Origin: Bacilli bacterium
GTDB lineage: Bacteria > Bacillota_I > Bacilli_A > ML615J-28 > CAG-313
Assembly: GCA_017398545.1 (NCBI GenBank)
Contig: JAFQFT010000004.1
Span: 34,704-98,703, forward strand
Reading direction: 5' to 3'
Length of the DNA stretch: 64,000 nt
Shown: in pieces, positions 1 through 7,773 of the stretch
Layout of the letters: each line of letters starts with the position of its first letter
How positions within the stretch are numbered: position 1 is the stretch's first letter
The notes under the pieces: model-generated
Told to the model about the DNA's origin: nothing
Database searches by the model: none
The model's input: the letters and a program-made list of their open reading frames with translations, nothing else
Program-made: the position numbers and the translations under genes

Positions 1-120
1 ATTAGAAGATGTTGCATATACTGTTCATGCAATAGTACCTACTGTTGCAACACTTGATGATGCTATTAATAAACCTAAAGAAAGTTTAACTAAATTAATA
101 AAAAAAGATTTTAATTAAAT
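1..120 (+). repeat. Direct repeat, copy 1 (3' end of upstream CDS plus 2 nt)
   Basis: Identical to 1081-1200 except at positions 22 (T/A) and 53 (C/A). Identity ends right after the shared TTAATTAAAT. Confidence 0.95.
2..118 (+). CDS. 3' end of an unidentified CDS (partial, continues upstream of the window)
   Basis: Open frame from position 2 reads ...LEDVAYTVHAIVPTVATLDDAINKPKESLTKLIKKDFN with stop TAA at 116-118. No family recognised. Confidence 0.5.
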   Translation, partial: LEDVAYTVHAIVPTVATLDDAINKPKESLTKLIKKDFN

Positions 121-228
121 TAATGTATTTAAATTGTACTATTATATTAGTACCTTAACTATTTTACTGTTAACACGCATATTAAGTTTTTACTTTTAGA
201 TAATTATCAAAGGAGGAAAGTTGTTAAA

Positions 229-1002
229 TTGAAAAAATTTTTAATAATTTTAATGGTTTCTTTTTCATTATTAATGTTAGAAGGTTGTTTATTATATGGA
301 GAACGAGGGGAAATTACAGTTGGAGACTTAGTGTATAAACATATAAAAACAAATACTGATGAATATTATTGTGTTGTTGGATTAAGTGAAGAAGGAAAAC
401 AAAAAAGTGTTATTACTATTCCGAATATTGTTAATGAATTAAAAGTTAAAAAAATTGGTTTTCTTCGTTCTAAAACTCCTGTAGGATGCATTTCTAGCAA
501 TAATTTAGAAATAATTTATATAGAGAAATATTTAGAATTTGCACACACATATTTTTTTAAAGATTGCCCTAAACTAAAAAAAATTATATGTTTAGAATTT
601 GAAGATAAAGTAAATGAATGTTATGATTATAATCCACAATATATAATAAATAATCATAACAAAAATAATGAAGAGAGAAAACGATTGCCAGTATATGTTT
701 TTCCATCAAAAGATTATATAGAGGATGAACAAAATATTCTTTATAGCTATGCAAATATTATATATTATATTGATATAGAAACTGTTTACTATATTGATTT
801 TACTGATAATGGTAAAATTGAAAACTTTCCTAAAAATCCAATTCGAGAAGGTTATAAATTTATGGGATGGTATAAAGAAATCGAGTGTGTTAATAAATGG
901 AATAATGAAATAGATAATTTAAATGAAATTACTTATTCTGATGATAAGAAAACTTTAAAATTTTATATAAATAAATTGTATGCAAAATGGGAAAATATTT
1001 AA
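229..1002 (+). CDS. Lipoprotein with an LRR-like (BspA-type) region and a C-terminal Listeria-Bacteroides (Flg_new) repeat
   Basis: TTG start 12 nt after AGGAGG (211-216). Signal peptide with lipobox LLMLEGC. C-terminal PIREGYKFMGWYKE motif is typical of Flg_new repeats. Confidence 0.6.
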   Translation: MKKFLIILMVSFSLLMLEGCLLYGERGEITVGDLVYKHIKTNTDEYYCVVGLSEEGKQKSVITIPNIVNELKVKKIGFLRSKTPVGCISSNNLEIIYIEKYLEFAHTYFFKDCPKLKKIICLEFEDKVNECYDYNPQYIINNHNKNNEERKRLPVYVFPSKDYIEDEQNILYSYANIIYYIDIETVYYIDFTDNGKIENFPKNPIREGYKFMGWYKEIECVNKWNNEIDNLNEITYSDDKKTLKFYINKLYAKWENI

Positions 1003-1033
1003 GAGTTAAAAAGAAAATCTAATCTTTGGTTTT

Positions 1034-1198
1034 ATGAGTTATAACCCTAAACAATTAGAATTTGTTGTAGGATCTTGTGCATTAGAAGATGTTGCATATA
1101 CAGTTCATGCAATAGTACCTACTGTTGCAACAATTGATGATGCTATTAATAAACCTAAAGAAAGTTTAACTAAATTAATAAAAAAAGATTTTAATTAA
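1034..1198 (+). pseudogene. Stranded duplicate of the 3' end of the upstream CDS (gene remnant)
   Basis: The frame carrying repeat copy 2 is open only from the stop at 1007-1009. The longest ATG-initiated ORF is 54 codons (MSYNPKQLEFVVGSCALEDVAYTVHAIVPTVATIDD...KKDFN) with no convincing SD. Confidence 0.5.
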
Positions 1199-1200
1199 AT
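1081..1200 (+). repeat. Direct repeat, copy 2
   Basis: 118/120 identical to 1-120. Confidence 0.95.
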
Positions 1201-1226
1201 GTTATAATATTTTTTCTAAAATATAA

Positions 1227-1260
1227 AAAGAACAGTTCATAAGATTATGAGCTGTTCTTT
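1227..1260 (+). terminator. Hairpin after repeat copy 2 (weak intrinsic terminator)
   Basis: AAAGAACAGTTCAT / ATGAGCTGTTCTTT forms a 14-bp stem with one G-U pair. Only a short T tract follows, so strength is uncertain. Confidence 0.4.
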
Positions 1261-1463
1261 AAAAATTAGCAATTTATTTTAAAAGTTTAGATATGTAAAC
1301 TTTTATGACATTTAATATTTTAACTAAATTTTATCATGAATTTAAGATATTTTCAACATTTTAATCTTAAAAGTGGTATTTATAAAAAGTCATAAAGGTT
1401 TACTTTTATAACCTTTTTTATTTAAAATTTTTTATTAAAGAAGCAGAAAGTGAGATTGTTTTT

Positions 1464-3023
1464 ATGAAAAAAATAATTAAATATAATCTAATATTATTAT
1501 TAATGATGTTTATTTTAGGCTTAGTTTCATGTGATAAAGAGTATACGATAACTTGTTTAAATGAAGATGGAAGTGTTTATACAACAGTTGTTGTACAACA
1601 TAAGCAAGGGTTCACTAAGCCTGTTGATCCTATTAAAGAAGGGTATACGTTTATAGGATGGTTTAATGGTGAGGAAAAATGGAACTATGTTAATTATGAA
1701 GTTTGTGCAGATATGACAGTAGTTGCTAAATTTGAAATTAATAAATATACTATTACTTTTGAAACTGGTGGAGGAAGTATTGTTTCATCCATTACAAAAG
1801 AATATAATAGTTTGATTGATAGTCCATCTGATCCTGTTCGCGAAGGGTATGAATTTGTTGGTTGGGATAAGGAAATTCCTATGACTATGCCTGCACAAGA
1901 TTTAACAATTACTGCAATATGGAAAAAAGATAACATTAAAATAGTTGCAATAAGTCCTTTAAGTAGTTATCTTAGTATGTATGGTCAAGCTGTTAAAAAT
2001 GGTATAGAACTTGCTGTTGAAGAAATTAATGCAAATGGTGGAGTCAATATTAATGGTGAAATGGTTAAATTAGAAATTAGTCAATATATTGATGATAAAG
2101 GTGATTTAGTTACTGCTTCAAATATGTTAGCAAATATGATTTCACAAAATGAAACGATTGATTTTGTTATTGGTCCAGTGACAAGTAGTACTACTGAATT
2201 ATTTATTACTAATACTTCTAAGTATGGTATTCCTACTATTACTCCTACTGCTCCTGCTGATAAACTTACAGTTGGTGATAATTGTGATGAAAGAGACATC
2301 CGATACAATCTATTCCGTGCTTGTTTTAATGACTCATATCAAGGTGAATATATGGCTAAATATGCTGCAAAAGCAGGTAATAGGAAAGCTTATGTGCTAT
2401 ATAATAATGATGATGATTACTCTAAAGGTTTAAAAGATGCATTTGTTGAAACTGCACAATCTCTTAATATAGAAGTTGTTACAGGTGCTTATGATAATAA
2501 TGATCGTGATTTTAATGCTTTTTGGGCTCCAATTATTGAAGGTGGTTATGACTGTGTTTATGTTCCTGATTATTATGAGAATGCTTATAATATTTTAAAG
2601 ACTGGTTATGCAAAAGGTTATACTAGTGTATGTTATGGTGGTGATGGTTGGGATGGACTTATCACACAAATTGGACCAAATGATGATAGTTCATTCTTAG
2701 AAAATTGTTTTTATACAAGTCACTATTTTTCAGGATCTCAAAATTCTACAGTCAAAGCGTTTGTAGAAAAATATAAAGCTAAATATGGTGACAATCCTAC
2801 AACATTTGCTACACTTGGTTATGATGCTGTTTATATTGCAAAACAAGCTATTGAATCTGCAGGTTCTGTAGAATATAATGCAGTTATAGAAGCATTGAAT
2901 ACTGGTACATTTTCTGGATTAGTTACTTCAAGTAGTCCATTTACTTATAGTAATGGTAATCCACAAAAAGAAGCTTTTATCGTTACCTTTAAAGATGGTA
3001 AAGAAGTAGAAACTGTTAATTAA
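1464..3023 (+). CDS. Lipoprotein fusing two Flg_new repeats to a type-1 periplasmic-binding-fold (LivJ-like amino-acid ABC substrate-binding) domain
   Basis: Lipobox LGLVSC. Two repeats carry EGYTFIGWF and EGYEFVGWD. Residues from about 165 to 519 resemble branched-chain/amide SBPs. No ABC permease or ATPase genes are adjacent. Confidence 0.65.
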   Translation: MKKIIKYNLILLLMMFILGLVSCDKEYTITCLNEDGSVYTTVVVQHKQGFTKPVDPIKEGYTFIGWFNGEEKWNYVNYEVCADMTVVAKFEINKYTITFETGGGSIVSSITKEYNSLIDSPSDPVREGYEFVGWDKEIPMTMPAQDLTITAIWKKDNIKIVAISPLSSYLSMYGQAVKNGIELAVEEINANGGVNINGEMVKLEISQYIDDKGDLVTASNMLANMISQNETIDFVIGPVTSSTTELFITNTSKYGIPTITPTAPADKLTVGDNCDERDIRYNLFRACFNDSYQGEYMAKYAAKAGNRKAYVLYNNDDDYSKGLKDAFVETAQSLNIEVVTGAYDNNDRDFNAFWAPIIEGGYDCVYVPDYYENAYNILKTGYAKGYTSVCYGGDGWDGLITQIGPNDDSSFLENCFYTSHYFSGSQNSTVKAFVEKYKAKYGDNPTTFATLGYDAVYIAKQAIESAGSVEYNAVIEALNTGTFSGLVTSSSPFTYSNGNPQKEAFIVTFKDGKEVETVN

Positions 3024-3034
3024 TTTAATAATAA

Positions 3035-3072
3035 ATACCTTAACTAGTGCCTTAGTTAAGGTATTTTATCTT
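3035..3072 (+). terminator. Intrinsic terminator of the 1464-3023 gene
   Basis: Perfect 12-bp stem ATACCTTAACTA / TAGTTAAGGTAT with a T-rich tail. Confidence 0.8.
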
Positions 3073-3094
3073 CTAAAAAAGTTAAGATAAATAA

Positions 3095-3128
3095 TTGATT
3101 AATTATTTATTTTGTGTTATAATTATAA
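3095..3128 (+). promoter_or_regulatory. Sigma-A-type promoter of the AbiE cassette, with a palindrome over the -10
   Basis: -35 TTGATT (3095-3100), 17-nt spacer, TGn-extended -10 TATAAT (3118-3123). A 12-bp perfect palindrome TTATAATTATAA (3117-3128) overlaps the -10. Confidence 0.6.
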
Positions 3129-3181
3129 GAAGAAAAATAAATAAAATAAACGTTTGATTATAACAAAGATGGAGTGATATA

Positions 3182-3817
3182 ATGGTTGAAATAATGAATT
3201 TAATATCTACATATATTGATAAAATAGATGTTGGTGTGCCTATTTTTTCAAGTGATATTCATAAACATGTTATTAATGATATAATTAATGCTAACCCATT
3301 AGTTATTAATGAATATATAAATAGATATGAAAAAAAACATGAAAATTTTATACGATTTAAAAAAGGAATTTATTATAAAACATCAGATACTTGTTTTGGT
3401 AAAACTAAAATTAATTACTCAGAACTGATTACTAGGTTATATATAAAAGATAATAATGAAGTTTTTGGATATGAGACAGGACCGTCGTTATTTAATAATT
3501 TAGGGTTGACCACTCAAATGTCAAAATATACCTTTATTGCAACAAATAAATTACAAGTAGATAAGGTTGATGATACAATTAAATTAGTAAAACCTGTAAT
3601 TAAAATTACAAATAAAAATTATAAATATTTACAAATATTAGATATTATTTCAAATAGATTTAAGGTGCCAATTGAAATTAATGATTATAATTTTTATATT
3701 AGAAGAATTATTGATGATTATAATTTAGATTTTGAAAAACTATTATATTATGCTAATTATTATAGAGATAGTGACATTTATAAAAAAATAGCATTATTAG
3801 CTAAAGGGGAAAGCTAA
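3182..3817 (+). CDS. abiEi: AbiEi/DUF6088-like putative antitoxin and transcriptional regulator of a type IV TA system
   Basis: About 210 aa, sitting immediately upstream of an AbiEii gene. It carries family-typical blocks FKKGIYYK and GPSLFNNLGLTTQMSKY (compare rGvY ... N.LGLttQvP). Confidence 0.65.
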   Translation: MVEIMNLISTYIDKIDVGVPIFSSDIHKHVINDIINANPLVINEYINRYEKKHENFIRFKKGIYYKTSDTCFGKTKINYSELITRLYIKDNNEVFGYETGPSLFNNLGLTTQMSKYTFIATNKLQVDKVDDTIKLVKPVIKITNKNYKYLQILDIISNRFKVPIEINDYNFYIRRIIDDYNLDFEKLLYYANYYRDSDIYKKIALLAKGES

Positions 3818-3854
3818 TTAGAAGATGTAAATAATAAATATAGGGGGATAAAAT

Positions 3855-4805
3855 ATGAAATTACATAAAGATAAAAAAGCTATGGAAGCTTTAATTTCAA
3901 ATATTAGTGAACGAACAAAAATTAGAAGAGATGTTTTGGGAAAAGATTATTATGTAACTTTAGTTTTAGAAGAGTTATCAAATAAAGAAAATCAAAATTA
4001 TACATATTTTAAAGGCGGAACTGCATTATACAAGGCCCTAAAATCAGTAAGGAGATTTAGTGAGGATATTGATTTAACAGTATATGTTAATGATTTAAAT
4101 AATAATTCACAGAAGAGAAAAAGGTTAAGGCAAGCAGTTTTAGGATATCAATCGCTTGAATTTAAAGAAAAATTGATTGATAGAAAAGGTTGTATTGAAG
4201 TAATTTATAAATATGATTCATTATTTCAATTACAAAGAGAGGATACACTGCAAAGAGTTGACAATGTAAAGATTGAAGCAACAAGTTTTACAATCAGTGA
4301 ACCTATCATGATGTTGGAAATTGCTCCACATTTGTATGAACTTTCAACAAAGGAAGAAAAAGAAAAATTAGAATTAATTTATGATGTAAAACCATTTAAC
4401 ATTGGAACTGTATCTATGCAAAGAATATTTGTTGATAAAATATTTGCAGCTGAGTTTTATTATCAAAGAGAGATGATTATTGAATTTTGCAAACATATAT
4501 ACGATGTAACAATTATGTATAAACTAGATGATATCGAACAATTATTTAACGATAGAGATAATTTAGTTTATTTAGTTAATTTAAAACGCCTAGAGAAAAC
4601 TGAACGTAATGGAGGAATTTCCAACAAATTATCTATATGTAATTTTGGATATTTGAATGATCAAAGTTTTTATTTTAGCGAAAAATTTAATAATTCACTG
4701 AAATATATTCATAATACATATGTCTTTAATAAAAAAGATTTTCTTGAAAACAAAGATATTTTAAATGTATTTTATAAAATCAAACAAGTGTTTTATGAAC
4801 TGTAA
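3855..4805 (+). CDS. abiEii: AbiEii/AbiGii-family nucleotidyltransferase toxin (DUF1814)
   Basis: Signature motifs FKGGTALYKA and RFSEDIDLTV (GGTAL ... RxSxDxD). Size is 316 aa, with SD GGGGGA upstream. Confidence 0.8.
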   Translation: MKLHKDKKAMEALISNISERTKIRRDVLGKDYYVTLVLEELSNKENQNYTYFKGGTALYKALKSVRRFSEDIDLTVYVNDLNNNSQKRKRLRQAVLGYQSLEFKEKLIDRKGCIEVIYKYDSLFQLQREDTLQRVDNVKIEATSFTISEPIMMLEIAPHLYELSTKEEKEKLELIYDVKPFNIGTVSMQRIFVDKIFAAEFYYQREMIIEFCKHIYDVTIMYKLDDIEQLFNDRDNLVYLVNLKRLEKTERNGGISNKLSICNFGYLNDQSFYFSEKFNNSLKYIHNTYVFNKKDFLENKDILNVFYKIKQVFYEL

Positions 4806-4812
4806 ATATTTT

Positions 4813-4850
4813 ATACCTTAACTATAATTTTGGTTAAGGTATTTTGGTTT
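4813..4850 (+). terminator. Intrinsic terminator after abiEii
   Basis: ATACCTTAAC / GGTTAAGGTAT stem followed by TTTGGTTT. Confidence 0.7.
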
Positions 4851-4873
4851 CTTAAAAAAGTTAAGATAAATGA

Positions 4874-4902
4874 TTGATTTTTTTTAAGATTTGTGGTAAG
4901 AT
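4874..4902 (+). promoter_or_regulatory. Promoter of the ftsK-like gene
   Basis: -35 TTGATT (4874-4879), 17-nt spacer, TGn-extended -10 TAAGAT (4897-4902). Confidence 0.5.
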
Positions 4903-4944
4903 AAATAAGAGTAAAAAAAATATAGAAGAAGGGAGAATCGAAAA

Positions 4945-6864
4945 ATGAAAAATAAAAATAATCGTAAAAAAGAATATTATATTCACCAAATTGTGAGGGA
5001 TAACCAAACCGAACAAATTGAGTCTAATGGTAAACCAACAGTTGTAACTAATGTTAAGAATGTTCCGTCATATGCAGAAAATGTTGGGTATCATTTAGAT
5101 CCAAAAAGATATGATTCTCTTAGAACACATAAACCTAAAAAGGAAATTGTTGAAGAAGTAATTGAAGATGTAGTTGAACCAGTAATTGTTAATAATCCAG
5201 AAGATGATTATTATTCTGCAATGGCTGATGAATATATTGAATATGGTGATGATGAAACTATTATTAATGATGTAATTGGTGAAGATGAAATTGAAGAACC
5301 AGTTATTGAAGAAGTTGTTGTTGAAACAAAAGAACCTGTTGCACCTAAAGAAGTTGTTAAGCCTAGTATCCCTAGTCAACCTGTTCAAAAATCAAAAGTA
5401 GTTAGAAAGAAGAAATATATTGCTCCTAGTTTAGACTTATTAAATCGTGGTACTGAAACTTCTGACAAAGATGTAAAACTTGCAGAAGAACAAAAAGCTA
5501 AAATTAATGAAATTTTAGAAAAATATGGTATTAAAGCACATGTTGCTAAATACATTTTTGGTCCTACTGTTATTATGTATTTAATTGAACTTGAAAGTCT
5601 TAGTGAAGATGTTAAGTCAATTCGTAAAATTGAAGATAATCTTGCGATGTATCTTGCATGTAGTAATATTCGTATTTTAACACCAATTCCAAATATGAAA
5701 TATGCAGGTATTGAAATACCAAAACCAAAAGATAGTCGTTCTATTGTGTATTTAAGAGATTTAATTTCAACAAAAGAATTTATTAATAGTAAATATGCAT
5801 TACCTGTTGCTGTTGGTATGAATAGCTTTGGTGAAAAGATTTATGCAGATATTGGTGATATGCCACACGGACTATGTGCTGGGGAAACAAAATCTGGTAA
5901 GAGTGTATGTTTAAATACAATTATTCTTAGTTTAATTTATCATTATTCAGCTGATGATGTTAGAATTATGTTATTAGACCCAAAGACAGTGGAATTTAGT
6001 AAATATTCTGATATTCCACATCTTGCGATGCCTGTAATTATTGACAAAGAATATTTTGAGCCTGCTGTTATTTGGTTAACAGATGAAATGGAAAGACGTT
6101 ACAAGAAACTTAATAAATATGGTGCAGTTGAACTATCTGAATTAAATGAAGAATTAGTTTCTCAAGGGCTACCTAAAGAACCATATATTGTTATGATTAT
6201 GGACGAGTTTAATGACTGGTTCATGGATGCATCTAGTACAGTTGATGATTGCATTACTAAACTGATGCAAAAAGCTCGTGCTGCTGGTATTCATATTATT
6301 CTTGCTACACAACGTCCAAGTGCTGATGTTATTAAAGGTGCTATTAAAGCGAATATCCCTACTCGTCTTGCGTTTAAAGTATCAAGTTTTGCTGATTCAA
6401 GTGTAATTTTGGGCCAATCTGCTGCTGAAAAACTTGAAGGTAAAGGTGATATGATCTTACGTTATCCTGGTAAAGGAGATATTAGATTACAAGGTGCACT
6501 TGTTACTAATAAAGAAATTAAGAATGTTGTTGAATATTTAAGAGAAAATTATGAAGTAGATTATATTGTAACACTTGAAGAATTACAACAATCAAGCGCA
6601 TCTCGTGGAGCTGGTAATGGAAGTGTTGATCCTAGTTTAGGTAGAAATGATGAATTATTTATTGAAGTATGTTATTTTGTTGTTAGAAATCAAAATGCTT
6701 CAGTAAACCAACTTCAAAAAATTTTCTCAACAAGTTTTAATCGTATGGATAATATGTTTAGAGATATGCAAGTACTTGGTATTGTATCAGGAACACAACA
6801 AGGCACTAAACGTAAGGTTTTAGTTACTGAACTAGAACTTGAAGAAATTTTAAATAATTTATAA
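4945..6864 (+). CDS. ftsK: FtsK/SpoIIIE-family DNA translocase without a membrane domain (SftA-like)
   Basis: Walker A is GETKSGKS and Walker B is IVMIMDEF. The ATQRPS motif and a C-terminal gamma-like wHTH (ASVNQLQKIF...) are present. The N-terminal 170 aa form an acidic E/V/P-rich linker with no TM helices. Confidence 0.85.
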   Translation: MKNKNNRKKEYYIHQIVRDNQTEQIESNGKPTVVTNVKNVPSYAENVGYHLDPKRYDSLRTHKPKKEIVEEVIEDVVEPVIVNNPEDDYYSAMADEYIEYGDDETIINDVIGEDEIEEPVIEEVVVETKEPVAPKEVVKPSIPSQPVQKSKVVRKKKYIAPSLDLLNRGTETSDKDVKLAEEQKAKINEILEKYGIKAHVAKYIFGPTVIMYLIELESLSEDVKSIRKIEDNLAMYLACSNIRILTPIPNMKYAGIEIPKPKDSRSIVYLRDLISTKEFINSKYALPVAVGMNSFGEKIYADIGDMPHGLCAGETKSGKSVCLNTIILSLIYHYSADDVRIMLLDPKTVEFSKYSDIPHLAMPVIIDKEYFEPAVIWLTDEMERRYKKLNKYGAVELSELNEELVSQGLPKEPYIVMIMDEFNDWFMDASSTVDDCITKLMQKARAAGIHIILATQRPSADVIKGAIKANIPTRLAFKVSSFADSSVILGQSAAEKLEGKGDMILRYPGKGDIRLQGALVTNKEIKNVVEYLRENYEVDYIVTLEELQQSSASRGAGNGSVDPSLGRNDELFIEVCYFVVRNQNASVNQLQKIFSTSFNRMDNMFRDMQVLGIVSGTQQGTKRKVLVTELELEEILNNL

Positions 6865-6882
6865 TATATAAAAGGAGTTATT

Positions 6883-7773
6883 ATGAGTAATAAAAGCTAT
6901 TTAGAAAGATATAATGAAGAACATAGTAGTGTTATTGCTAGTTTAAATGTTAATAAGCGTATTTGTACTAGACTATTAGGTTTTTTAATTAGTTCAATTA
7001 TTTATTTTATTATTTTTCAAATTAGTAAATATACTGGATTACATGATATTCAAACTCAATTTTTAAATACTTTTGTTAATTACATAATGACTGTTGCGTA
7101 TATAATTTCATTTTTCTTTATTGTTTTTTATGTATTATATATTAGTGTAAAAAGTTTTAAAGAATCATTTGATAAAGTGAGATATAAATTAAAAAGAATG
7201 TTATTTATTATTTTAGATTGGTTAGTAATTTTACCTATTTGTGCTACTGTTGCAAGTTTTTGTTTTGCGTTTATATTTACATTTGCACAAGTAGAGGGTG
7301 ATAGTATGTATCCAACTATTTATAATGAATCTACTGTTTTTGTTTCTTATTTAGAACCAGTTGAACAATTTGATATTGTTGTTGCATATATTACACCTGA
7401 AGCTAACCTTATTAGTTCAAATGAATATTATATAAAAAGAGTAATTGGTGTTCCTGGTGATAGAATTACTTGGATTAATGGAGTTCTAACTATTAATGGA
7501 ATTATTATTGATGAGGAATATTTAGATCAAGAAACTAAAGAATTTTTTAAGGAAGATGGTAAATCTGGTAAACAATTTGTAGGAGATTTTGAATATAAAG
7601 TTGACGGTGTAATTGAAAAATGTAAAGTTATACCTGATGGATACTATTTTTTAATGGGTGATAACAGAACCGTCAGCAATGATTCTCGTCAAATTGGATT
7701 AGTTCCTTCATATAATATTGAAGGTGTTGTTAAATATGAATTTACAAATTCTGGGATTGAGAGGGTAAAATAA
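6883..7773 (+). CDS. lepB: Signal peptidase I with a three-TM N-terminal extension
   Basis: Catalytic boxes GDSMYPT, YIKRVIGVPGD and GDNRTVSNDSR are present. About 130 aa with three hydrophobic segments precede the catalytic domain. Confidence 0.85.
   Translation: MSNKSYLERYNEEHSSVIASLNVNKRICTRLLGFLISSIIYFIIFQISKYTGLHDIQTQFLNTFVNYIMTVAYIISFFFIVFYVLYISVKSFKESFDKVRYKLKRMLFIILDWLVILPICATVASFCFAFIFTFAQVEGDSMYPTIYNESTVFVSYLEPVEQFDIVVAYITPEANLISSNEYYIKRVIGVPGDRITWINGVLTINGIIIDEEYLDQETKEFFKEDGKSGKQFVGDFEYKVDGVIEKCKVIPDGYYFLMGDNRTVSNDSRQIGLVPSYNIEGVVKYEFTNSGIERVK

Larger units (their letters stand above)
3035..3128 (+). repeat. Terminator-promoter intergenic module, copy 1
   Basis: Aligns with 4813-4908 over its whole length by eye. 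It shares the ATACCTTAAC...GGTTAAGGTAT hairpin, a 27/28-identical core AAAAAAGTTAAGATAAAT(A/G)ATTGATT, and a downstream TTTGTG(T/G)T-type extended -10 region. Confidence 0.8.
4813..4908 (+). repeat. Terminator-promoter intergenic module, copy 2
   Basis: See 3035-3128. Confidence 0.8.
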
